Below, in pieces: positions 47,816 to 60,507 of a DNA stretch of 64,000 bases. The DNA is from Marsupella aquatica (lineage: Eukaryota > Plantae > Marchantiophyta): assembly GCA_973895155.1 (NCBI GenBank), contig OZ316894.1:19506805-19570804 (forward strand). Reading direction: 5' to 3'. Under the pieces are notes generated by a model. It was not told the DNA's origin. It did no database searches and was given only the letters and a program-made list of their open reading frames with translations. Numbering within the stretch: the first letter of the stretch is position 1; each line of letters starts with the position of its first letter. Both the position numbers and the translations under genes were made by a program.

Positions 47816-49796
47816 CACGAGCTTCTCCTTGAGAGTTGTAAAATATAGCACCTTCGGATCACTCGGGTCCCTCTTCTCTCAAAGATAAATCGATGCTCGA
47901 GGCAAATCTCTAAATTGTTGAATCCTAACTGTGTAATCCACCTGATCTCTAGAAGGCGAGATTGAGGTTCTGCTTTCTAAAAAACTAAGGCAAAAGACAG
48001 ATTGCTGAGGTTGTCTGTGTTGCGAGATCTTTCTTTCGAAACCGAGATTGCCTTGTGCTTCGAGATTGTGGCATTACAGATCAGTTCTGAAGGGCCGATT
48101 GGTCGTACTGTAGTAGTGTGAAGCTCGTCTCCAGATGGATGGTTGTTGGACTGTGATCCTCGCATTGAATCTCAAAACGAAAGCGTTTCCCCAAAAGCCT
48201 GAAATCTGTACCAGTTTCTGATGACTTCTTTTGCCGCAGTTGATAATGGTGCATGGTTGATAATACGTTTAGACATGTCGGCAGGACAGGTCCGGGAGTG
48301 TCTCAAACTGTTTAGCCGCCTCCTTTCCCAGAATATGCACTCATTTTCTTCTACTTTCTGTACTCCGATCTGGTTCTTCGTTGAGCTCGTTCAGTCCAGT
48401 GCACTCTGTAAATGGAAGTAATTTTTTCCAACGACACCGTTGCTCCTGCGGTAATTCGGTCCATTGGACGAACCTGCATCGGCTGCAAGATGAAGTACAT
48501 ACTTGAAGGTAACGTCACATGGCAGTGGAGTCTCCGGTCCTACCCGGCTACTGGATTTTTTGACCTCGGAAGACATTTTCTGTACACAGAAAGAAGCAAA
48601 CGCTCCCGAGCTCCCCCCCGAAGGAAGCAGGAATGCAACAGATTGGATCACTTGCAGTAGCTCGAGCGAGGTCGAGTCACCGCCGATGCTGAGCTACGTT
48701 ATGACGTCATTCGGGAGGAACGTACTAAGGTGGACCGATAAATGAAAGGACCCACCAGATGATGCCAAAAACGGAAACCCACGAAGAACCTGCGCAAATC
48801 ATACAGAAAAGGGAAATAATCGCAGAGAGAGGGAATGTGGACATACTCTGTATCTCTACTGCCTCCAACCTCCTGGACATTAACAGAGAATGGATCAAAG
48901 TGAGAAATCAGCTCGACCCACATTTTCACCGGGGACGTTTGGACTCGAAGCTCTGCTGTGTTGGGGGCGTTGTCAGTTGGTCCTGCAGGAAACGTAGCTC
49001 ACGAAGGTACTGTAATTCTTTCCATCCTTGCGTTATTTCGGGTGCGTCGATAGCTCAGTCATCAATACATTCGAGTCTGCACATGTGACGATCCCAACTT
49101 CCAGTTTGAAACTGAAGCTTTCTTAGTTTCGTGAGAAGGGTTCCACAAGTAAGTCAGGAATTTTAGCGAGAATTAGACAGGGCAATGTGTGTGCGTACGG
49201 AACATCGTGAGACACACAGTGGTGTGTCTAATTAGGCAACCGTTCTTGTTACAGTCTCTAAATATTTCTGAATGGAGCTCCCAACACGTTTAAGTCTTAG
49301 TTTCCTTTACTGGGTGTTCCCAAACATACTCTCCTGAAACGTTCCGTTTTCTGAATGGTAATTTTCTCACGGAAGTTCTGCCATCAGTCATAGTTTCTCA
49401 GAACGCACGAACAGTCTCCTCGGGCAATGTCAGAATGAAAACTTATTTAGAAATCTTCTTTCGTGAGCTATCTTGTGAGACGCTATGCTAGATGATCATT
49501 CGACACTCCTCTCAATTGAGACTGCACTGCAGAGCAAGCTTACGATATGAGTTAGATCTGGACATCACATACGATTGGCGGTAAGCCCCACCTTGCTTGG
49601 AATTTCTCCCCTTCAGTTCCAGGCAGTGCGAGAACGATCTGCCCTTACTGTTTGCGTCTCATTAGAATTCACTGAGCTGGAATTTTACAATTGCAACGTT
49701 TGGACTTCTTATACGGCCGAGAATCTAACCTTGTAGACATGCGTGCTCTGGCTATAAAGAAACTAATATGGAATAATGTTTGCAGGGACTTTAAAT

Positions 49797-52529
49797 ATGG
49801 CAAAAGCTGGGAAGATTACTCTTCATGCTGTTGACAGCAGCCCTTGCTGCTGGCGCGTACGAATGGCTCTCGACTTCAAGGGTCTGATCTACAATTTCTA
49901 ATATAGTCTGTGACCAGAAGTTGAACATAAGTAAACTGATGGAGGAATTTAGACATCGCCGTCTTGCCACTAAGACTATGTATAATGAGAGCTCCGCCAG
50001 TTGTCGCACTACAATCAGGTGGCCTAATTTAGGGCCTGGTTAAGTACTGCTAGCTGTTAGTTACGACTTGTTCAAGTCTTCTGGAGTTAACGTTTGGCAA
50101 ATGAGTAATGCTCTCTATTCAATGTATCTTAATGCAGGAATTTCCTACGATTATAAGCGTTGGAATCTCAGCGCAGGCGAACATTTGAGCGAAGGTGCGG
50201 GTTTCGTTGTTATCTCTCTTTATGTTGCCCCATTGGTTTCCTCTTCATCCATGAGTGGTTATGAAACGACAGCCCTTGAGGCACGATTTGGGCCTGTCAA
50301 CCTACATGTCGGATGGCGTACACCGTGTGTCTAGTTGTGACCATTCAAGGAGTTCCGATTTGTGGCTTGAAAGATTGGTTGTTGTTAATTTACTCTTATT
50401 GACATGTGTCTCTGATTCTTAGCCCACTATGCTCAGTCATTGCTATCTCCTATTTCAGTATGTTTTGCCACGTCTGTGACATGTAGAGTATAAGAAGATT
50501 AGCCCTCTCCAATTGGTACCCGCACTGAAGATAGATGGAGCAGTACTCAATGACTCCATTGCCATCATGGAGGTAATGTCTTCTCAGCTTTCGCTGTTTC
50601 CAATCAAAGGGGAGGCACTCACTTTCATGTTCAAACCTTTCATCGAGTTTGTTTTTCAGAGTTCACTTCAAAGACGACAATCACCTCTTTTGAAAGCAAA
50701 ACGACTATCTTACAATTGGTTTGCGATTCCTTCTAAGGCATTCCTTGTAAATGCGTGGGGAAATGCAGTACCTAGAAGAGCGATTTCCAGAGAAACCTTT
50801 ATTGCCAAAGGATCTTGTCAAAAGAGCAGCTGTCCGGTCGGTACGTTGAAAACTCAGTACCTAAGAAATATTATGTGAACAGTACCAGAGAATATTATGT
50901 TAATTGCTCCTTTCATCCATGACGATCTATTCCTCAAACTCGCAAATTTATGATTTGTGCGTGCGGCTTTTGCATCGGTTGGTTGGTCTGTAAGTGCTTC
51001 ATACTGTTGATCAAGGTACATAATCTCTCAGGCCTCTAAGAAACTGTTAGTATTGATGAAACAGTTCGTGAATATCATTGCATCCGGGATACAACCATTG
51101 CAAAATCTCCGAGTTCGGGTATTCATTCTTCACATCAATTTAACGAAAATATTGTTAATTGACGTGAGGTTGTTATTGAGCTAGCAGGAAATGGCATGAT
51201 AGACAAGCTCATTTGAGTGCTGCGAAATCAGGTTTATGATGTAAACCTTGCAAAGTCGATGTAGAGCTGGACCAGAAGCTTTGTGAGTACTGCGATGACC
51301 ACGATACTGTTTTGATGAAGTCGTGATTGTCGTAGATGTTATTGCTATGCGCCTACTCAGAATTTATTTGTGGAATGCTCACTGTGGTTGAATTCCAGAA
51401 TTCGATCGGTGCAATGGCGGGAGATGATGCGGAGTTTGAATGGGTTAAGAAGTGGATGATTAGAGGGTTTGAAGGTAAGGACAATGTTTGGATGGTAAAC
51501 TTGTGCATAGGGACATGTAGTGGAAGCTAACCCACAATCCCCCCTGGCCCCCATAAAGAGGGAGTGTTCTTGGCTTTATCCCTTCTAGTGTGGTAGACTA
51601 AGTTATGTAAACTCGGACCGAATCTCTGTCGCAAAACTGATGCTCATATGGGACCTCTGGAAAAGTGCATTTTGACGTGGATGACACTTTGCTACACTCA
51701 ATGAATTGTAGTTCTACCATAGCCTCGTCTTGTATTGCTCAAGATTTATCCAACAGGATTTTCTCAGCTGTATATAATTATTCTTAGGTACAACACAGGA
51801 GATAGGCATTTCAACTTCATTCGTTTAAAGTTCCTTTTTGTCTGCAGCTCTTGAGGCCAGTGTCAAGGAAACAGCTGGGAAGTTTTGCTTTGGTAGTGAG
51901 GTTACTATGGTAAGTTGAAGTGTTGCACGTTGATTCAGAATTATTGACGTGTTTTGCAATTGACTACATTCGGAACTGTGTAAATAGCATAGTGGTTTCT
52001 CTCATATTCTCTATTGACTCGGAAGCACAATCTGAAATGGTGAACTGCAGAGTGTTTCAGCCATATGGGGTCTTTGTCTGCGGGTCTTTCGAGTTACTAC
52101 TCTTTTCTGTCTTGGTTTGACTATTTGTCCTAGATGTGCTTTGAATTCTTTCTTGAGAAGCAGGCAACAAAGACATATATAGCTAATCCACATGAATTTA
52201 TAACTATGCAGGCTGATGTCACGTTTGTCCCTCAGTCACGCAGTGCCAATCGCTACAAAATAGATTTGGTACGTCTGGTTGTTAATGTTTGCGTTTGAGT
52301 TGATATTATTTGTTGAGACGACTAAATATCACTTTGTTGTTCCGTGGTTAGCTAAAAAGCTTTCAGTCTTCTTGCTATTCAAAAATATCTGTCTACCGTT
52401 TTATAAGCTGACAAATTCTCCTGGCAGGGAAAGTTTCCGACTCTGCAAAAGATTGAACGAAATCTCGAGCAACTGGAGTTGGTGAAGAACTCAACTCCTG
52501 AGCGATTGGCAGATCTTCGAAAAGATTGA
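49797..52529 (+). CDS. GSTZ: Glutathione S-transferase zeta class, copy 1 (216 aa, SPCC active-site variant)
   Basis: Exons 49797-49881, 50138-50194, 50487-50572, 50769-50840, 51065-51118, 51399-51474, 51848-51909, 52212-52268 and 52428-52529 total 651 nt. Motifs WRVR.AL..KG, VPAL, DSIAI.EYLEERFPE.PLLP, IASGIQPLQNL, T.ADV..VPQ. Confidence 0.92.
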
Positions 52530-52865
52530 GATTCCTTTTCTCAGATTAACGTAGCAAGTGTTAAGTTGTCCATCTAAGGGCTTATGCACTGAAGGGATGT
52601 CCATGTTATTGTTTGAATCGAGGCCTCTCATTGAAAATATCATGGAATTACTGTGGAAGAGATTGCTCTCTCCATTCGACGTCTAAAATTTGGTGTTCTG
52701 ATCTGTTGGTGGGAAGTCATCAAACTGTCATTCGTGTGAATCAATATGAGGGTTTGTTGGTTTAGGTAATAGATAGTGAATATAACAATTCTAAAAAATA
52801 CTTGAAAACACCAGAAATGACGAAAGTAGCTGTAAGACATTGATTGGAATTACGCCACATTTGAT

Positions 52866-53060
52866 TTTTCTTCGAAAATGAGGGGCAATCCTCATCAGTT
52901 ACAGGCAAGGGGGCAAAAACCACCCAAGCCAAAAGAAACACCTGGCCTAACACACACACACACACACACACACAAGGAAATCCTAATTAGGCCATGCCAT
53001 TACCAGCCAGACATGCTGTGGCTCGGGTCGGTACCAGTACTGGGACACCCACTAGACAGT
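52866..53060 (-). mobile_element. Short LINE/SINE 3'-tail fragment related to the element at 34665-35421
   Basis: Minus strand CTTGGGTGGTTTTTGCCCCCTTGCCTGT resembles CCTGGGCGGCCTTTGCCCCCTGGCTGT at ~35367-35393. Contains (CA)12 at 52951-52974. Boundaries approximate. Confidence 0.4.
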
Positions 53061-54499
53061 GTTATAGACTAAATTAGTGAGCCATGTTTTCGTGCTGGTA
53101 CCAATTTTTCTCACACTGATGCTGTTGCTTTACCTGCCTTTCCAAATATACACAACAGTTACCTTTTCAGAAAGTCTCGTATCTGATCTATCAAGTTCTT
53201 TGTGGATCACTATCATCATCGTCGTCTGTGAGAACCTGCAGAATCTCAGCAGTTGCAATGGAGCAGAATAAGCTTGAGTCATCTATAATTGTTTTCTGAA
53301 GTTGTCTCGATTTCTGGGCTTGATCTATTCTTCCAGCTGACTCTATTAGCTGATTTCAATCGTTATGGCTCTTTCAGGAATTGAACATCCTAAAGTATAA
53401 TACACAGTTGCGCCACTTTTTAGAGTGGTCGTCATTCAAATTTGCAGGGCATAAAAATTAAAAAATGTGATCAAAGGTAAGTAATAAAATAAAGTGTGAA
53501 TTGAGTTTAGTGTGACACAAAAAGTTACACCATTGTACACCACAAGCCAAATAACCACACGAGACACCCCAAAAAAGTGAAAGCCTTTAATTAATGCACG
53601 AGAATCAATGCACGAGGATCAAGGAGGATACTCCCTCCAGGTCTCCATGATTCGTATTGTACATACTCAGAGTATTCTACATATTCAATATTATGTGTAA
53701 CATAGTTTTGTATAATAGTGTTAAGAGGAGTTTAATTGCTAATAACATTTTAGTCACTTGATCAATAAAAAATTGTTTCTCCCAATATTTGTGGTGATTT
53801 TTAGAGTCATTTGCACTATCATTTTCAATGCTGAAAAACAAAAGTAATAAGGCCCAAAGACATAGTGAAACGCATGACACGGGCGTTGATGGCAAGGTGT
53901 CGGGCAAGGGGCACACTGACAATGTAGGGCAGCCCCTCGAAGGGCTCCAGTCGCGCACGGGTGGGGAGAGAGGGGGTGGCAAGCGAGTGGAGTGATGGTG
54001 AAATGGGCAAAAGGGGGAGGTTAAGGTTTAAAAGGAACATAAGAGGAAAAAGGTTAAAAAGGGGGCAAAAACACCTCTCATTTTGTTATACTTTTGTGGT
54101 TGTCATAGCCAGTGGTTTGTGCAATGACGTCTTTTATTCAAAGAATTTTTTTGTGCAAGTAGAAAAAGGAAAAAGGGAACTTTTGTGGCTACCGTAGCCA
54201 GTATTTTGCACTGACAATGATATCTTTCACTCAACAAAAAGTTTTGTGCAATTTTTTATTCAACGATATCTTTTGCACCATGAGCTATTTCTCAACAACA
54301 TCTTTAACCAAACAACATCTTTTATGCAACACACGGGGATTGAAAAGATAGCGATAGAATGGTCATCTTTGCTAAACCCTAAAACCTTAAACCTGAAATC
54401 GATAATATAACATTGCGCCAATGTATAGAGTGGTTGCCATTCAAATGCAAGGGCATTTTGGGTAAAAAAACAAACAAAGAAAAAAACTTGCTCCTTCTC

Positions 54500-55210
54500 T
54501 TCTTGACTTTTTATTTCATAACATCTTTCACATAATAACAACTTGGATGAAACAACACCTATTTTTTCTTTATAACATCTTTTACTTCACGATATCTTTG
54601 GCAAAATGACACATTTTTCTTATCAACATCTTTCACATAATGGCATCTTTGGCAAAATGACTTCTTTGGCAAAATGACTTCTTTGGCAAAATGACTTGAA
54701 GGACATCTTTTGTGCAATGCACGGATATTTTCCCTCAACGATGTCTTGGCCGACACGACATCTTTTCCCTCAATGTCTTTGCCAACATGACATATTTTTT
54801 CTCAACGACATCTTGGCCGACATGACAATTTTTTTCTTGACTACATCTTGGCCGACATGACATCTTTTTTCTCAACAACTTCTTGGCCAAGATGACATAT
54901 TTTTTCTCAACGACCTCTTGGCCGACATGACATATTTTTTTCTCAATGACTTCTTTTCTCTCAACGACCTCTTGGCCATCTTTTTTTCTCAACGACTTCT
55001 TTTCTCTCAACGACCTCTTGGCCGACACAACATCTTTTCTCTCCACGACCTCTTGGCCGGCACTACATCTTTTCTCTCCACGACCTCTTGGCCGACACTA
55101 CATCTTTTCTCTCCACGACCTCTTGGCCGACACGACATCTTTTCTCTCAATGACCTCTTGGCCGACACGACATCTTTTTTTCTCAACGACATCTTGGCCG
55201 ACATGACTTC
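54500..55210 (+). repeat. Tandem minisatellite, 35-37 bp unit, more than 10 copies, probably subterminal repeats of a TE
   Basis: Consensus CTCAACGACCTCTTGGCCGACACGACATCTTTTCT, best conserved at 54734-55210 and degenerating leftwards. Confidence 0.9.
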
Positions 55211-56519
55211 TTTTGTATTGAGCTATAGTATATAGTACAATAATAGAGCCATAAGGATTGAACTCAACCAATAGAGTCCAGCAACAATATTGAGAAGAGC
55301 ATAATTGGTGAAACAATTAGTAAGTTGCCCCCAAAACGAATCTAATGAGGTAAGTTGTCCCTATGGATTAATTAGACCTCTGTGGTGAAAACCAAAGGAA
55401 ACAACCCTAGGGGCCAAAGAAAAGGCAGACAAGACAGCACAACATTGCTAGCCAACAAGAGACAAACCCAGGGATCTAGGTCCTGACCACACATTCCAAC
55501 TATTTGAGCTATTTATGGCAGTCGGATTTGGGGGCAATGTAGTAATTCCCTAGCTGCTCTAGACGATAATAAGATCGTCTATCCATCAGTGCACATGGAG
55601 TTGAAACATGCAGGCAGACAGCGACAGCAACCAGACGCAGCATACCTCATGCACTCAAACTGAGTCACCTAGCGGCCAGGTAGCCACATTTTGACTGTTG
55701 AAAACTCCTTCATTGTAGTAATTCTTACAAAGAAATTTATTTATGCCAACCTCCCCCTGCATGCTTAGTGGTTGTGCAAAGAAGTAAGTTGAGAAGTGAG
55801 TTGAGAATGTGGATCACCTCTGTTGATAACTGATCCACATTTCCCCTATACCCAGACAAAAAGAGTACATTTTTGTTCTCTAAACTATGTACTTTAGTTG
55901 CACATAACATAATTATCTCAAAAAGCAATAAGACATGTGATTATTAGTATATATATTTATCAAAGGTGGCCCTCTTTCACTCCGTCTTGCCAGAACTGAA
56001 ACCAAAAGATTTTAGGGGGAAATTTAGTAATCAACTTTTTAGTACATTGCCACTAAAGATGTTTTAATTAACAATACTATCATTGTTTTTGTATTAATAT
56101 TGTTCTCTAAGTTGCATTAGTAAACTTCTAGTCCATATACAAAACTGTGACATATTTGTAAATACAACAATAATTGTGACAGTAATGTCAATTGGAACAT
56201 GAGAAGTTAGTGGCAAAAAATAGATAAAACAAACTTGATTTAGTAATTCAATTTGGTGGGTCACTAGTAAAAAATGTAACTAAGTGTGGCAAGCTACACA
56301 CAATTCCATTTTGTACAATTAATAACTATATAGAATCCCATAGGACTCCCTTAGTATTCTATACAAATATAAACTGGAGAAATCCAGAAACCCCATAGAA
56401 CTCCCATATAATTCCATAGAACCCTCACCCACTTTCCCCATGTTTTGCTTGGTTGCCCTGGTTCCTTTGGGCTTCCTTTTTTTTGTTTGCCTTGAATACC
56501 AAAAGCTCACCCATCCAAC

Positions 56520-56965
56520 AGAGGATAGACCTTCAAATCCGGAGCATGCACCTCTGTAGGGTAGTCCACAAGGGGGGTCATACCCAGTACCAGGAAGGAG
56601 AGAAGGTTGGATTAGAGCCCCAACGAAGACCAGATAGATGATCAACTCTGGAGCAGGCACCTCTATCTATAAGGTAGCCCACAAGGGGGGAGATGGTTGG
56701 ACCAGAGCCCCAAAGAGGACCAGATAGACAATCAACTTTGGAGCATGCACCTCAGTAGGGGTAGCCCACAAGGGGGGTCATACCCAGTATCAGGAGGGAG
56801 AGGGGGTTAGACCAGAGACCCAAAGTGGACCAACCAGGGGCTGAGGAGAAACCAGGACTAGTAGGGGTAGCCCACAAGTGGGGTCATACCCACTATCAGG
56901 AGGGAGAGAGGTATAGACCAGAGACCCAAAGCTGACCAGCCAGGGGCTGAGGAGAAACCAGGACT
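56520..56965 (+). repeat. Composite tandem repeat, four ~85-115 bp units
   Basis: GGTAG.CCACAAG.GGGG core at ~56560, ~56673, ~56760 and ~56866, with shared GACCAGAG.CCCAAAG segments. Confidence 0.85.
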
Positions 56966-57983
56966 CCCAAGACTACACCCTACCTACATACACTCACCTT
57001 CCACAACCCTTGCATGTGTGGGTTCTAGGCTTCCCCTGGCCAACTCACCAGTGCCAGTTGGTTCTGTGGGCTTCCTTTTGCTTTCACAGAATTTTCTGTT
57101 TTTTCGCAAAAGTCGTCATCCTGTAGCTCAGCATCCCCGCAGTCACGCGTCAGCTAGACCTCACTCGAGCTGCTGCAAACGAATGCACTCTTGAAGTGCA
57201 CGACCTCCATGGACAGTACTTCCATGTCGACAAGACACGAGAACATTGCATCTTCAAGGCAATCTTCGAGGTTTTGCTCTCCAGGCCATCCCAATTGTAA
57301 GAATACTATGCTGTAGTTGTACCACGGTGTCTCGACTGCCTGCAACATCCAACCGAAACGGAGAAAGGAAGAAAGTGAGAGCGTGAGGAATCAGCTTGAC
57401 CCACCTTTTCACCCTTCAATTCTGGAGTCGAAGCTCGGCAAGTTTGGGGAGGCATTGTCAGGTGGGCCTACTTTGTAACGTAGCCAATTGAAGTCTCACT
57501 TAGAAATCCAGAATGACTTGTCTTCTTTTGTCAGTCACTCTTTGAGGGCCTACGTTAATTTTGGGACGGGACCGCAGAGGAAATTCACGATTGGACAAGG
57601 TTTAGATCTCGATCATTAGTTAGCTATGATTGACCGTAGAGGAAAATCCCAGCAACATGAGTCAAGTCAGAAAGCAACTGAGGAGTCCGAAAATGAGATG
57701 TCATTGTTACCTACACTCACGGAGGAATTACTGGAACACCAATGCCATCGGGTGTTTACTCGCCTCTAGGTCTGACCTGTGTTGGAATTTTTAGCTTCGG
57801 TACCCTGAGTGGGAGAATGATATGCCCTCACTCCTGTTTTTGCGTCTCACTAGATTTCACTCACCTGAATTTTCACAATTTTCACAATTGGGACTTTCAC
57901 TACATGGCACAGAGTATGCTCTTGCGGAGGCACGAGCTTTGGATGGAAACTGATATGGGTTGACGTGTGCAGGGACATTCGTC

Positions 57984-58509
57984 ATGGCAAAAACTGGGAA
58001 GATTACTCTTCATGCTTTTCATACTAGCTCTTGCTCCTGGCGCGTCCGTCTGGCTCTCGACTTCAAGGGTCTGATTTACAAATTTCAAATTTAATCCTTG
58101 ACCAAAAGTTGAACATTCGCCGTCTTGCCACCGAATTTATGTAAAGAGAGAGCTCCGTCAGTTTTCGTATTCTGATGAGGTGCCATGATTTGGGGGCTAC
58201 GTAGATGCCGCTGTAAGTTAAGAGTATTCAAGTCTTCTCGAGTTGAAGTTTACCAAATGAGTAATGCCCTGTACTTTTCAAACATGTATGCTAATGCAGG
58301 AATTCCCTACGAGTATAGGGCTTGGAACATCAGCTCTGGGGAACATATTTGCGAAGGTGCGGCTTTGGCTGTTTATCTCCCTTTGTCTTGGCTCTTTGGT
58401 GTCTTCCTGTGAAGAAGGTTCTTTCAATGAGTGGTGATTATAAGAAATCTTTTCTCTTACTTCAATGCCGTTAGGGCCAGGGTGAAGCCTGTTAACCTTC
58501 ATGTCGGCT

Positions 58510-58547
<38 letters not shown>

Positions 58548-60507
58548 TAGTTGTGATCATTAAAGGAGTTCCGTTTCATGGATCGAGAGATCGGTTCTTG
58601 TTAAACCAGTGTAAAGCTGATTCGTACCGTAATGTTCTTTGTCACTCCTATCACCATTCTCAGACGAGTTACCATGCCTGTGATTTGCAGAGTATAAGAA
58701 GATTAATCCTCTCCAATTTGTACCCTCACTGGAGATACATGGAGCAGTACTCAATGATTCCATTGCCATCTTGGAGGTATACTTTTTCAACTTTCAATGT
58801 CTTCAATCAAAGCAGTCGCGCTTTTCCATCTTGAAAGCCTGCCTTCGTCCGTGCGTTTATGTAGAGTTTACTTCAGAGAAAACAACCATGAGTAATTTGG
58901 AAGCGAAAAAATTAGCCTGTAAATGGTTTGAGATACCTTGGAATGCCTGGTAAAACGCAGTACCTAGAAGAGCGATTTCCAGAGAAACCTTTATTGCCAA
59001 AGGATCTGGTCGAAAGAGCAGCTGTTCGCGCGGTACGTTCAAGGCTCAAATGCATTATAAATATTATGTGAATTGTTCTTTTCCTTCATCAGCATATATT
59101 CCTCAAGTACTCAAATTTATGATTTGCATCGGTTGGTGGGTTAGTTTAAAATACTTCATAGTGTTGATCAAGGTACACAATCACTAAGGCCTCTGACAAA
59201 TTGTGAGGTGCTGATGAAACAGTTCGTGAATGTCGTTGCATCCGGGATACAGCCACTTCAAAATCTCCGAGTCGTGGTATTCTTTCTTCACATCAATTAA
59301 CGAAAATGTTATTAATTGACGTGGCTTTGTTGTCGAGCTAGCAGGACATGTAAGATAGACAAGCACATTGTGTATACATTTGAATCCGGATTGGCCTCGA
59401 AAGTCGATGTAGGTCTGGGCCAGATTCCTGCAACGAAGCACGTTGATGGCTGTAAAATTATGAAGTCATTAGTGTCATAGATGTTACTGCTATACGTCTG
59501 GTGGAAAACTAAGTTTTGGAAGGGTGACTGGTTAAATTCAAGAAATCGGTTGCTGCAATGGCGGGAGAAGATGCAAGGGTTGAATGGGCTCAGAAATGGA
59601 TTACTTCAGGATTTGAAGGTAATACTGTGATTTTGGTGGTAGACTCTGCATAGAAGATAACTGCAAACCAAAACCTCAAACCCGTCCACAGCCCCCATGG
59701 CCACGACAAAGAGGAGTGTGTAGGGCTAAATTCTCATCATTGTGAACTCATAGGAGTGACATCGGCTCAGATTTGAAACTGCCTCAGTTTCTGCATTGCC
59801 AAGATTTACAGACAAGGCTTCGATTTTGTATCTCGAAGTACAAGTCATGATGCTGCCCATTTACCCTCAATCGTTGATTGTTCCTCTCTGTTAACAGCGC
59901 TGGAGGCCATCACCAAGGAAACAGCAGGGGAATATTGCTTTGGAGACATGTTTACCATGGTAAGCTGAATCTTCAGAGCTATTTCCATCCGGGATGTCAT
60001 CTGTCCCGTGGACCGTGAGAGAATCCGATGGTCTGACAGTGACTGCAGATTGTGCCGTAGTAGAAACATGTGGATGCTTCTTCTTCAAGTGTTTTCATTC
60101 TTTCGATTTCTCGTTTGAATATCTACTGTTTTCTTGCCTCTTTCTGTCTGTCCTTCGGATCTTTTCTTGAAATGCATCCTACAAAGAAGCTGTATAAAGA
60201 CAGGTAATGCATGGGAGATTAAATTTTGTGCAGGCTGATGTCGCGCTGGTCCCTCAGTTACGCGCTGCCCATCGCTTCAAAGTAGATATGGTATGTCTGT
60301 TGTTACTGTTTGCTATATTTGAGACTACTTGTTGTGAGGATTGAATACTACTTTGTTGTTGTCTAAACCTCTTCCGTGTTCTAAGCTGACATGTGCACCT
60401 TGCAGGGAAAGTTTGTGACTTTGGAGAAACTTGAAAAAAATCTCTACAAACTGGAGATGGTGAAGAACTCCACTCCTGAAAACATGCCAGATTTTCCAAA
60501 GGATTGA
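57984..60507 (+). CDS. GSTZ: Glutathione S-transferase zeta class, copy 2 (216 aa, canonical SSCS motif)
   Basis: Exons 57984-58068, 58300-58356, 58691-58776, 58961-59032, 59223-59276, 59543-59618, 59898-59959, 60234-60290 and 60406-60507 total 651 nt. Exon sizes identical to copy 1. Motifs HTSSCSWRVRLALDFKG and SGIQPLQNL. Confidence 0.93.
58511..58546 (+). repeat. (GT)18 microsatellite in GSTZ copy 2 intron 2
   Basis: Read directly from the sequence. Confidence 0.95.

Noticed and set aside
47850-49100. Cluster of 60-110 aa ORFs upstream of GSTZ copy 1
   Set aside because: No recognisable domain or consistent splice pattern; partly within the duplicated GSTZ upstream region.
54374-54393. 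AAACCCTAAAACCTTAAACC telomere-like tract
   Set aside because: Degenerate, inside a repeat element, with no reconstructable empty site.
54734-55210. CRISPR-like 35-37 bp periodicity
   Set aside because: Units are contiguous with no unique spacers, no cas genes, and the context is eukaryotic. It is a minisatellite, and its ORFs are artefacts.
37764-60507. CPN60A, PLP enzyme and GSTZ pair as a functional sulfur/stress gene cluster
   Set aside because: No evidence of shared pathway or co-regulation in the sequence; adjacency is expected in a compact genome.
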